In this document: positions 10,601-24,000 of the stretch, in pieces | Layout of the letters: the number at the start of each line of letters is the position of its first letter | Position numbering within the stretch: position 1 is the first letter of the stretch | Source: Utricularia gibba | Taxonomy: Eukaryota > Plantae > Magnoliophyta | Assembly (NCBI GenBank): GCA_002189035.1 | Contig: NEEC01000343.1 | Location: 1-30,292 of the forward strand | Direction of reading: 5' to 3' | DNA length: 30,292 bases | Notes under the pieces: generated by a model | The model's database searches: none | The model's input: the letters and a program-made list of their open reading frames with translations, nothing else | Told to the model about the DNA's origin: nothing | Made by a program: the position numbers and the translations under genes

Positions 10601-13600
10601 GATTTCGTCGAATAGGACCCGATTGGGCTCAGGAGTCGAACGAACCTTGGGTCCGGATGAACTTCCAACGAAAGCACCCACCCAAAAACGACAAGCTTTT
10701 CCTTCAGAAATGTAGGCAGCTGCCGAAAACCCAACGTTAATAAATGGATCACTTTTTTTGCCGGGCTACAAATGACTATGGGCCCGAGCGACCCGACCTC
10801 CGGCCCGATCCTAGTGCCCCTCGAGAGCGCCTCTCAAATAAAAAGCTTGTGGTTGAGAAAACCATTTGGGGTGCTCATGACATCCTAACTTCAATAAATG
10901 CATCACGATTTTCGTCGAATAGGACCGATTGGGCTCAGGAGTCGAACCGAACCTTGGGTCCGGACGAACTTCCCAATGAAAGCACCCACCAAAAACGACA
11001 AGCTTTTCCTTCAGAAACCATGTAGGCAGCTGCCGAAAACCCAACGTTAATAAATGGATCACTTTTTTTGCCGGGCTACAAATGACTATGGGCCCGAGTT
11101 GACCTCCGGCCCGATCCTAGTGCCCCTCGAGAGCGCCTCCTCAAATAAAAAGCTGTGGTTGAGAAAACCATTTGGGGTGCTCATGACATCCTAACTTCAA
11201 AAAATGCATCACGATTTTCGTCGAATAGGACCGATTGGGCTCAGGAGTCGAACCGAACCTTGGGTCCGGACGAACTTCCCAACAAAGCACCCACCCAAAA
11301 ACGACAAGCTTTTCCTTCAGAACCATGTAGGCAGCTGCCGAAAACCCAACGTTAATAAATGGATCACTTTTTTTGCCGGGCTACAAATGACTATGGGCCG
11401 AGCCCGACCTGACGGCCCGATCCTGGTGCCCCTCGAGAGCGCCTCCTCAAATATAAAAGCTTGTGGAAAGAAAACCATTTGGGGTGCTCATGACATCCTA
11501 ACTTCAAAAATGCATCACGATTTTCGTCGAATAGGACCCGATTGGGCTCAGGAGTCGAACAGAACCTTGGGTCCGGATGAACTTCCCAACAAAAGCACCC
11601 ACCCAAAAACGACAAGCTTTTCCTTCAGAAACCATGTAGGCAGCTGCCGAAACCCAACGTTAATAAATGGATCACTTTTTTTGCCGGGCTACAAATGACT
11701 ATGGGCCCGAGCCCGACCCGACCTCGGCCCGATCCTGGTGCCCCTCGAGAGCGCCTCCTCAAATATAAAGCTTGTGGTGAGAAAACCATTTGGGGTGCTC
11801 ATGACATCCTAACTTCAATAAATGCATCACGATTTTCGTCGAATAGGACCCGATTGGGCTCAGGAGTCGAACCGAACTTGGGTCCGGACGAATTTCCCAA
11901 CAAAGCACCCACCCAAAAACGACAAGCTTTTCCTTCAGAAACCATGTAGGCAGCTGCCGAAAACCCAACGTTAATAAATGGATCACTTTTTTGCCGGGCT
12001 ACAAATGACTATGGGCCCGAGTTCGACCCGACCTCCGGCCCGATCCTAGTGCCCCTCGAGAGCGCCTCCTCAAATATAAAGCTTGTGGAGAAAACCATTT
12101 GGGGTGCTCATGACATCTAACTTCAAAAAATGCATCACGATTTTCGTCGAATAGGACCCATTGGGCTCAGGAGTCGAACCGAACCTTGGGTCCGGATGAA
12201 CTTCCAACGAAAGCACCCACCCAAAAACGACAAGCTTTTCCTTCAGAAACATGTAGGCAGCTGCCGAAAACCCAACGTTAATAAATGGATCACTTTTTTT
12301 GCCGGGCTACAAATGACTATGGGCCCGAGTTCGACCCGACCTCCGGCCCGATCCTAGTGCCCCTCGAGAGCGCCTCCTCAAATAAAAGCTTGTGGCAAGA
12401 AAACCATTTGGGGTGCTCATGACATCCTAACTTCAAAAAAATGCATCACGATTTTCGTCGAATAGGACCCCATTGGGCTCAGGAGTCGAACCGAACCTTG
12501 GGTCCGGACGAAGTTCCCAACAACAGCACCCCCAAAAACGACAAGCTTTTCCTTCAGAAACCATGTAGGCAGCTGCCGAAAACCCAACGTTAATAAATGG
12601 ATCACTTTTTTTGCCGGGCTACAAATGACTATGGGCCCGAGCGATGACCTCCGGCCCGATCCTAGTGCCCCTCGAGAGCGCCTCCTCAAATAAAAGCTGT
12701 GGTTGAGAAAACCATTTGGGGTGCTCATGACATCCTAACTTCAAAAAATGCATCACGATTTTCGTCGAATAGGACCCGATTGGGCTCAGGAGTCGAACAG
12801 AACCTTGGGTCCGGATGAACTTCCAACGAAGCACCCACCCAAAAAACGACAAGCTTTTCCTTCAGAAACCATGTAGGCAGCTGCCGAAAACCCAACGTTA
12901 ATAAATGGATCACTTTTTTTGCCGGGCTACAAATGACTATGGGCCCGAGCGACCCGACCTCCGGCCCGATCCTAGTGCCCCTCGAGAGCGCCTCCTCAAA
13001 TATAAAGCTTGTGGAAAACCATTTGGGGTGCTCATGACATCCTAACTTCAAAAAATGCATCACGATTTTCGTCGAATAGGACCCCATTGGGCTCAGGAGT
13101 CGAACCGAACCTTGGGTCCGGACGAAGTTCCCAACAAAGCACCCACCCAAAAACGACAAGCTTTTCCTTCAGAAACCATGTAGGCAGCTGCCGAAAACCC
13201 AACGTTAATAAATGGATCACTTTTTTTGCCGGGCTACAAATGACTATGGGCCCGAGCGACTGACCTCCGGCCCGATCCTAGTGCCCCTCGAGAGCGCCTC
13301 CTCAAATAAAAAGCATGTGGTTGAGAAAACCATTTGGGTGCTCATGACATCCTAACTTCAAAAAATGCATCACGATTTTCGTCGAATAGGACCCGATTGG
13401 GCTCAGGAGTCGAACCGAACCTTGGGTCCGGACGAACTTCCCAACAAAGCACCCACCCAAAAACGACAAGCTTTTCCTTCAGAAACATGTAGGCAGCTGC
13501 CGAAAACCCAACGTTAATAAATGGATCACTTTTTTTGCCGGGCTACAAATGACTATGGGCCGAGCCCGACCTGACTCCGGCCCGATCCTGGTGCCCCTCG

Positions 13601-16600
13601 AGAGCGCTCCTCAAATATAAAGCTTGTGGATGAGAAAACCATTTGGGTGCTCATGACATCCTAACTTCAAAAAATGCATCACGATTTTCGTCGAATAGGA
13701 CCCGATTGGGCTCAGGAGTCGAACCGAACCTTGGGTCCGGATGAACTTCCCAACGAAAGCACCCACCCAAAAACGACAAGCTTTTCCTTCAGAAACAATG
13801 TAGGCAGCTGCCGAAAACCCAACGTTAATAAATGGATCACTTTTTTTCCGGGCTACAAATGACTATGGGCCGAGCCGACCGACCTCCGGCCAGATCCTAG
13901 TGCCCCTCGAGAGCGCCTCTCAAATAAAAGCTGTGGTTGAGAAAACCATTTGGGGTGCTCATGACCCTAACTTCAATAAATGCATCACGATTTTCGTCGA
14001 ATAGGACCCGATTGGGCTCAGGAGTCGAACCGAACCTTGGGTCCGGACGAATTCCCAATGAAAGCACCCACCAAAAACGACAAGCTTTTCCTTCAGAAAC
14101 CATGTAGGCAGCTGCCGAAAACCCAACGTTAATAAATGGATCACTTTTTTGCCGGGCTACAAATGACTATGGCCCGAGCCGACTGACCTCCGGCCCGATC
14201 CTGTGCCCCTCGAGAGCGCCTCCTCAAATAAAAGCTGTGGATGAGAAAACCATTTGGGGTGCTCATGACATCCTAACTTCAAAAAATGCATCACGATTTT
14301 CGTCGAATAGGACCCGATTGGGCTCAGGAGTCGACCGAACTTGGGTCCGGATGAATTTCCCAACAAAGCACCCACCCAAAAACGACAAGCTTTTCCTTCA
14401 GAAACATGTAGGCAGCTGCCGAAAACCCAACGTTAATAAATGGATCACTTTTTTTGCCGGGCTACAAATGACTATGGGCCGAGCCCGACCTGACCTCCGG
14501 CCCGATCCTGGTGCCCTCGAGAGCGCCTCCTCAAATATAAAGCTTGTGGACAAGAAAACCATTTGGGGTGCTCATGACATCCTAACTTCAAAAAATGCAT
14601 CACGATTTTCGTCGAATAGGACCCGATTGGGCTCAGGAGTCGAACAGAACCTTGGGTCCGGATGAACTTCCCAACGAAAGCACCCACCCAAAAACGACAA
14701 GCTTTTCCTTCAGAAACAATGTAGGCAGCTGCCGAAAACCCAACGTTAATAAATGGATCACTTTTTTTGCCGGGCTACAAATGACTATGGGCCCGAGCGA
14801 GACCTCCGGCCCGATCCTAGTGCCCCTCGAGAGCGCCTCCTCAAATAAAAAGCTGTGGTTGAGAAAACATTTGGGGTGCTCATGACATCCTAACTTCAAA
14901 AAATGCATCACGATTTTTCGTCGAATAGGACCCGATTGGGCTCAGGAGTCGAACCGAACCTTGGGTCCGGACGAATTTCCGAACAAAGCACCCACCCAAA
15001 AACGACAAGCTTTTCCTTCAGAAACCATGTAGGCAGCTGCCGAAAACCCAACGTTAATAAATGGATCACTTTTTTGCCGGGCTACAAATGACTATGGGCC
15101 GAGCCCGACCTGACCTCCTCCGGCCCGATCCTGTGCCCCTCGAGAGCGCCTCCTCAAATATAAAGCTTGTGGACAAGAAAACCATTTGGGGTGCTCATGA
15201 CATCCTAACTTCAAAAAATGCATCACGATTTTCGTCGAATAGGACCCCATTGGGCTCAGGAGTCGAACCGAACCTTGGGTCCGGATGAATTCCCAACGAA
15301 AGCACCCACCAAAAACGACAAGCTTTTCCTTCAGAAACAAAGGCAGCTGCCGAAAACCCAACGTTAATAAATGGATCACTTTTTTTGCCGGGCTACAAAT
15401 GACTATGGGCCCGACCGACCTCCGGCCGGATCCTAGTGCCCCTCGAGAGCGCCTCCTCAAATATAAAGCTTGTGGACAAGAAAACCATTTGGGGTGCTCA
15501 TGACATCCTAACTTCAAAAAATGCATCACGATTTTCGTCGAATAGGACCCATTGGGCTCAGGAGTCGAACCGAACCTTGGGTCGGACGAAGTTCCCAACA
15601 AGCACCCACCCCAAAAACGACAAGCTTTTCCTTCAGAAACCATGTAGGCAGCTGCCGAAAACCCAACGTTAATAAATGGATCACTTTTTTTGCCGGGCTA
15701 CAAATGACTATGGGCCCGAGTCGATGACCTCCGGCCCGATCCTAGTGCCCCTCGAGAGCGCCTCCTCAAATAAAAAGCATGTGGTTGAGAAAACCATTTG
15801 GGGTGCTCATGACATCCTAACTTCAAAAATGCATCACGATTTTCGTCGAATAGGACCCGATTGGGCTCAGGAGTCGAACCGAACCTTGGGTCCGGACGAA
15901 TTTCCAACAAAAGCACCCACCCAAAAACGACAAGCTTTTCCTTCAGAAACCATGTAGGCAGCTGCCGAAAACCCAACGTTAATAAATGGATCACATTTTT
16001 TGCCGGGCTACAAATGACTATGGGCCGAGCCCGACCTGACCTCCGGCCCGATCCTGTGCCCTCGAGAGCGCCTCCTCAAATATAAAGCTTGTGGACAAGA
16101 AAACCATTTGGGGTGCTCATGACATCCTAACTTCAAAAAATGCATCACGATTTTCGTCGAATAGGACCCCATTGGGCTCAGGAGTCGAACCGAACCTTGG
16201 GTCCGGATGAATTCCCAACGAAAGCACCCACCCAAAAACGACAAGCTTTTCCTTCAGAAACAATGTAGGCAGCTGCCGAAAACCCAACGTTAATAAATGG
16301 ATCACTTTTTTTGCCGGGCTACAAATGACTATGGGCCCGAGCGACCCGACCTCCGGCCCGATCCTAGTGCCCCTCGAGAGCGCCTCCTCAAATATAAAGC
16401 TTGTGGACAAGAAAACCATTTGGGGTGCTCATGACATCCTAACTTCAAAAAATGCATCACGATTTTCGTCGAATAGGACCCCATTGGGCTCAGGAGTCGA
16501 ACCGAACCTTGGGTCGGACGAAGTTCCCAACAAAGCACCCCCAAAAACGACAAGCTTTTCCTTCAGAAACCATGTAGGCAGCTGCCGAAAACCCAACGTT

Positions 16601-17875
16601 AATAAATGGATCACTTTTTTTTGCCGGGCTACAAATGACTATGGGCCCGAGCGATGACCTCCGGCCCGATCCTAGTGCCCCTCGAGAGCGCCTCCTCAAA
16701 TATAAAGCTGTGGAGAGAAAACCATTTGGGGTGCTCATGACATCCTAACTTCAAAAAATGCATCACGATTTTCGTCGAATAGGACCCATTGGGCTCAGGA
16801 GTCGAACCGAACCTTGGGTCCGGACGAATTTCCAACAAAGCACCCACCCAAAAACGACAAGCTTTTCCTTCAGAAACCATGTAGGCAGCTGCCGAAAACC
16901 CAACGTTAATAAATGGATCACTTTTTTGCCGGGCTACAAATGACTATGGGCCGAGCCCGACCTGACCTCCGGCCCGATCCTGGTGCCCCTCGAGAGCGCC
17001 TCCTCAAATAAAAGCTTGTGGACAGAAAACCATTTGGGGTGCTCATGACATCCTAACTTCAAAAAATGCATCACGATTTTCGTCGAATAGGACCCCATTG
17101 GGCTCAGGAGTCGAACCGAACCTTGGGTCCGGATGAATTCCCAACGAAAGCACCCACCAAAAACGACAAGCTTTTCCTTCAGAAACATGTAGGCAGCTGC
17201 CGAAAACCCAACGTTAATAAATGGATCACTTTTTTGCCGGGCTACAAATGACTATGGGCCCGAGTTCGACCGACCTCCGGCCAGATCCTAGTGCCCTCGA
17301 GAGCGCCTCCTCAAATATAAAGCTTGTGGACAAGAAAACCATTTGGGGTGCTCATGACATCCTAACTTCAAAAAATGCATCACGATTTTCGTCGAATAGG
17401 ACCCATTGGGCTCAGAGTCGAACCGAACCTTGGGTCGGACGAACCCAACAAAGCACCCACCAAAAACGACAAGCTTTTCCTTCAGAAACCATGTAGGCAG
17501 CTGCCGAAACCCAACGTTAATAAATGGATCACTTTTTTTGCCGGGCTACAAATGACTATGGGCCCGAGTCGATGACCGATGACCTCCGGCCCGATCCTAG
17601 TGCCCTCGAGAGCGCCTCCTCAAATAAAAGCATGTGGTGAGAAAACCATTTGGGGTGCTCATGACATCCTAACTTCAAAAAAATGCATCACGATTTTCGT
17701 CGAATAGGACCTGATTGGGCTCAGGAGTCGAACCGAACCTTGGGTCCGGACGAATTTCCGAACAACAGCACCCACCCCAAAACGACAAGCTTTTCCTTCA
17801 CAAACCATGTAGGCAGGTGCCGAAAACCCAACGTTAATAAATGGATCACATTTTTTCCGGGGCTACAAATGACTA

Positions 17876-18007
17876 TGGGGCCGAGCCCGACCTGACCTCC
17901 GGCCCGATCCTGGTGCCCCTCGAGAGCGCCTCCTCAAATATAAAGCTTGTGGACAGAAAACCATTTGGGGTGCTCATGACATTTTTTTGCCGGGCTACAA
18001 ATGACTA
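17876..18007 (+). repeat. Truncated monomer (132 bp) with a ~183-bp internal deletion
   Basis: GGTGCTCATGACAT is joined directly to TTTTTTGCCGGGCTAC at ~17982. The block from CCTAACTTC through GGATCAC(A/T)T is missing, and 315-183=132 matches the observed spacing. Confidence 0.9.
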
Positions 18008-21000
18008 TGGGCCGAGCGACCGACCTCCGGCCCGATCCTGGTGCCCCTCGAGAGCGCCTCCTCAAATATAAAGCTTGTGGACAAGAAAACCATTTGGGGT
18101 GCTCATGACATCCTAACTTCAAAAAATGCATCACGATTTTCGTCGAATAGGACCCCATTGGGCTCAGGAGTCGAACCGAACCTTGGGTCCGGACGAATTC
18201 CCAACAAAAGCACCCACCCAAAAACGACAAGCTTTTCCTTCAGAAACCATGTAGGCAGCTGCCGAAAACCCAACGTTAATAAATGGATCACTTTTTTTGC
18301 CGGGCTACAAATGACTATGGGCCCGAGCCTGACCTCCGGCCCGATCCTAGGCCCCTCGAGAGCGCCTCCTCAAATAAAAAGCTGTGGAGAAAACCATTTG
18401 GGGTGCTCATGACATCCTAACTTCAAAAAATGCATCACGATTTTCGTCGAATAGGACCGATTGGGCTCAGGAGTCGAACCGAACCTTGGGTCCGGACGAA
18501 TTTCCGAACAACAGCACCACCCAAAAACGACAAGCTTTTCCTTCACAAACCATGTAGGCAGGTGCCGAAAACCCAACGTTAATAAATGGATCACATTTTT
18601 TGCCGGGCTACAAATGACTATGGGCCGAGCCGACCTGACCTCCGGCCCGATCCTGGTGCCCCTCGAGAGCGCCTCCTCAAATATAAAGCTTGTGGACAAG
18701 AAAACCATTTGGGGTGCTCATGACATCCTAACTTCAAAAATGCATCACGATTTTCGTCGAATAGGACCCCATTGGGCTCAGGAGTCGAACCGAACCTTGG
18801 GTCCGGATGAATTCCCACGAAAGCACCCACCCAAAAACGACAAGCTTTTCCTTCAGAAACATGTAGGCAGCTGCCGAAAACCCAACGTTAATAAATGGAT
18901 CACTTTTTTTGCCGGGCTACAAATGACTATGGGCCCGAGTTCGACCGACCTCCGGCCCGATCCTAGTGCCCCTCGAGAGCGCCTCCTCAAATATAAAGCT
19001 TGTGGACAAGAAACCATTTGGGGTGCTCATGACATCCTAACTTCAAAAAATGCATCACGATTTTCGTCGAATAGGACCCCATTGGGCTCAGGAGTCGAAC
19101 CGAACCTTGGGTCCGGACGAATTCCCAACAAAGCACCCACCCAAAAACGACAAGCTTTTCCTTCAGAAACCATGTAGGCAGCTGCCGAAAACCCAACGTT
19201 AATAAATGGATCACTTTTTTGCCGGGCTACAAATGACTATGGGCCCGAGCCGACCTGACCTCCGGCCCGATCCTAGTGCCCCTCGAGAGCGCCTCCTCAA
19301 ATAAAAAGCTGTGGTTGAGAAAACCATTTGGGGTGCTCATGACATCCTAACTTCAAAAATGCATCACGATTTTCGTCGAATAGGACCCGATTGGGCTCAG
19401 GAGTCGAACCGAACCTTGGGTCCGGACGAATTTCCCAACAAGCACCCACCCAAAAACGACAAGCTTTTCCTTCAGAAACCATGTAGGCAGGTGCCGAAAA
19501 CCCAACGTTAATAAATGGATCACATTTTTGCCGGGCTACAAATGACTATGGGCCGAGCCCGACCTGACCTCCGGCCCGATCCTGGTGCCCCTCGAGAGCG
19601 CTCCTCAAATATAAAGCTTGTGGACAAGAAAACCATTTGGGGTGCTCATGACATCCTAACTTCAAAAATGCATCACGATTTTCGTCGAATAGGACCCTTG
19701 GGCTCAGGAGTCGAACAAACCTTGGGTCCGGATGAACTTCCCAACGAAAGCCACCCAAAAACGACAAGCTTTTCCTTCAGAAACAATGTAGGCAGCTGCC
19801 GAAAACCCAACGTTAATAAATGGATCACTTTTTTGCCCGGGCTACAAATGACTATGGGCCCGAGTTCGACCCGACCTCCGGCCAGATCCTAGTGCCCCTC
19901 GAGAGCGCCTCCTCAAATATAAAGCTTGTGGACAAGAAAACCATTTGGGGTGCTCATGACATCCTAACTTCAAAAAAATGCATCACGATTTTCGTCGAAT
20001 AGGACCCCATTGGGCTCAGGAGTCGAACCGAACCTTGGGTCGGACGAATTCCCAACAAAGCACCCCCAAAAACGACAAGCTTTTCCTTCAGAAACCATGT
20101 AGGCAGCTGCCGAAAACCCAACGTTAATAAATGGATCACTTTTTTTGCCGGGCTACAAATGACTATGGGCCGAGCGACCTGACCTCCGGCCCGATCCTAG
20201 TGCCCCTCGAGAGCGCCTCCTCAAATAAAAGCTTGTGGTTGAGAAAACCATTTGGGGTGCTCATGACATCCTAACTTCAAAAAATGCATCACGATTTTCG
20301 TCGAATAGGACCCGATTGGGCTCAGGAGTCGAACCGAACCTTGGGTCCGGACGAATTTCCAACAAAAGCACCCACCCAAAAACGACAAGCTTTTCCTTCA
20401 GAAACCATGTAGGCAGGTGCCGAAAACCCAACGTTAATAAATGGATCACTTTTTTGCCGGGCTACAAATGACTATGGGCCGAGCCCGACCTGACCTCCGG
20501 CCCGATCCTGGTGCCCCTCGAGAGCGCCTCCTCAAATATAAAGCTTGTGGACAAGAAAACCATTTGGGGTGCTCATGACATCCTAACTTCAAAAAATGCA
20601 TCACGATTTTCGTCGAATAGGACCCCATTGGGCTCAGGAGTCGAACCGAACCTTGGGTCGGACGAATTTTCCAACAAAGCACCCACCCAAAAACGACAAG
20701 CTTTTCCTTCAGAAACATGTAGGCAGGTGCCGAAAACCCAACGTTAATAAATGGATCACTTTTTTGCCGGGCTACAAATGACTATGGGCCGAGCCCGACC
20801 TGACCTCCGGCCCGATCCTGGTGCCCCTCGAGAGCGCCTCCTCAAATATAAAGCTTGTGGACAAGAAAACCATTTGGGGTGCTCATGACATCCTAACTTC
20901 AAAAAATGCATCACGATTTTCGTCGAATAGGACCCGATTGGGCTCAGGAGTCGAACCGAACCTTGGGTCCGGACGAATTCCAACAAAGCACCCACCCAAA

Positions 21001-24000
21001 AACGACAAGCTTTTCCTTCAGAAACCATGTAGGCAGCTGCCGAAAACCCAACGTTAATAAATGGATCACTTTTTTTGCCGGGCTACAAATGACTATGGGC
21101 CCGAGTTCGACCGACCTCCGGCCCGATCCTAGTGCCCCTCGAGAGCGCCTCCTCAAATATAAAGCTTGTGGACAAGAAAACCATTTGGGGTGCTCATGAC
21201 ATCCTAACTTCAAAAAATGCATCACGATTTTCGTCGAATAGGACCCCATTGGGCTCAGGAGTCGAACCGAACCTTGGGTCCGGACGAATTCCCAACAAAG
21301 CACCCACCAAAAACGACAAGCTTTTCCTTCAGAAACCATGTAGGCAGCTGCCGAAAACCCAACGTTAATAAATGGATCACTTTTTTTGCCGGGCTACAAA
21401 TGACTATGGGCCGAGCGATGACCTCCGGCCCGATCCTAGTGCCCCTCGAGAGCGCCTCCTCAAATAAAAAGCTGTGGTTGAGAAAACCATTTGGGTGCTC
21501 ATGACATCCTAACTTCAAAAAATGCATCACGATTTTCGTCGAATAGGACCCGATTGGGCTCAGGAGTCGAACGAACCTTGGGTCCGGACGAATTTCCGAA
21601 CAACAGCACCCACCCAAAACGACAAGCTTTTCCTTCAGAAACCATGTAGGCAGTGCCGAAAACCCAACGTTAATAAATGGATCACATTTTTTGCCGGGCT
21701 ACAAATGACTATGGGCCCGAGCCCGACCTGACCTCCGGCCCGATCCTGGTGCCCCTCGAGAGCGCCTCCTCAAATATAAAGCTTGTGGACAAGAAAACCA
21801 TTTGGGGTGCTCATGACATCCTAACTTCAAAAAATGCATCACGATTTTCGTCGAATAGGACCCCATTGGGCTCAGGAGTCGAACCGAACCTTGGGTCCGG
21901 ACGAATTCCCAACGAAAGCACCCACCAAAAACGACAAGCTTTTCCTTCAGAAACAATGTAGGCAGCTGCCGAAAACCCAACGTTAATAAATGGATCACTT
22001 TTTTTGCCGGGCTACAAATGACTATGGGCCCGAGCGACCGACTCCGGCCGATCCTAGTGCCCTCGAGAGCGCCTCCTCAAATATAAAGCTTGTGGACAAG
22101 AAAACCATTTGGGGTGCTCATGACATCCTAACTTCAAAAAATGCATCACGATTTTCGTCGAATAGGACCCATTGGGCTCAGGAGTCGAACCGAACCTTGG
22201 GTCCGGACGAATTCCCAACAACAGCACCCAAAAAACGACAAGCTTTTCCTTCAGAAACCATGTAGGCAGCTGCCGAAAACCCAACGTTAATAAATGGATC
22301 ACTTTTTTGCCGGGCTACAAATGACTATGGGCCCGAGCGATGACCTCCGGCCCGATCCTAGTGCCCCTCGAGAGCGCCTCCTCAAATAAAAAAGCTTGTG
22401 GTTGAGAAAACCATTTGGGGTGCTCATGACATCCTAACTTCAAAAAATGCATCACGATTTTCGTCGAATAGGACCCATTGGGCTCAGGAGTCGAACCGAA
22501 CCTTGGGTCCGGACGAATTTCCCAACAACAGCACCCAAAAAAACGACAAGCTTTTCCTTCAGAAAACCATGTAGGCAGGTGCCGAAAACCCAACGTTAAT
22601 AAATGGATCACTTTTTTTGCCGGGCTACAAATGACTATGGGCCGAGCCCGACCTGACCTCCGGCCCGATCCTGGTGCCCCTCGAGAGCGCCTCCTCAAAT
22701 ATAAAGCTTGTGGACAAGAAAACCATTTGGGGTGCTCATGACATCCTAACTTCAAAAAATGCATCACGATTTTCGTCGAATAGGACCCGATTGGGCTCAG
22801 GAGTCGAACCGAACCTTGGGTCCGGACGAACTTCCCAACGAAAGCACCCACCCAAAAACGACAAGCTTTTCCTTCAGAAACAATGTAGGCAGCTGCCGAA
22901 AACCCAACGTTAATAAATGGATCACTTTTTTGCCGGGCTACAAATGACTATGGGCCCGAGCCGACCGACCTCCGGCCCGATCCTGGTGCCCCTCGAGAGC
23001 GCCTCCTCAAATATAAAGCTTGTGGACAAGAAAACCATTTGGGGTGCTCATGACATCCTAACTTCAAAAAAATGCATCACGATTTTCGTCGAATAGGACC
23101 CCATTGGGCTCAGGAGTCGAACCGAACCTTGGGTCCGGACGAATTCCCAACAAAGCACCCACCCAAAAACGACAAGCTTTTCCTTCAGAAACCATGTAGG
23201 CAGCTGCCGAAAACCCAACGTTAATAAATGGATCACTTTTTTGCCGGGCTACAAATGACTATGGGCCGAGCGATGACCTCCGGCCCGATCCTAGTGCCCC
23301 TCGAGAGCGCCTCCTCAAATATAAAAGCTGTGGTTGAGAAAACCATTTGGGGTGCTCATGACATCCTAACTTCAAAAATGCATCACGATTTTCGTCGAAT
23401 AGGACCCGATTGGGCTCAGGAGTCGAACCGAACCTTGGGTCCGGACGAATTTCCGAACAAAGCACCCACCAAAAACGACAAGCTTTTCCTTCAGAAACCA
23501 TGTAGGCAGCTGCCGAAAACCCAACGTTAATAAATGGATCACTTTTTTGCCGGGCTACAAATGACTATGGGCCGAGCCCGACCTGACCTCCGGCCCGATC
23601 CTGGTGCCCTCGAGAGCGCCTCCTCAAATATAAAGCTTGTGGACAAGAAAACCATTTGGGGTGCTCATGACATCCTAACTTCAAAAAATGCATCACGATT
23701 TTCGTCGAATAGGACCCCATTGGGCTCAGGAGTCGAACCGAACCTTGGGTCCGGACGAATTCCAACGAAAGCACCCACCCAAAAACGACAAGCTTTTCCT
23801 TCAGAAACCATGTAGGCAGCTGCCGAAAACCCAACGTTAATAAATGGATCACTTTTTTTGCGGGCTACAAATGACTATGGGCCCGAGCGACCGACCTCCG
23901 GCCCGATCCTAGTGCCCCTCGAGAGCGCCTCCTCAAATAAAAGCTTGTGGACAAGAAAACCATTTGGGGTGCTCATGACATCCTAACTTCAAAAAATGCA

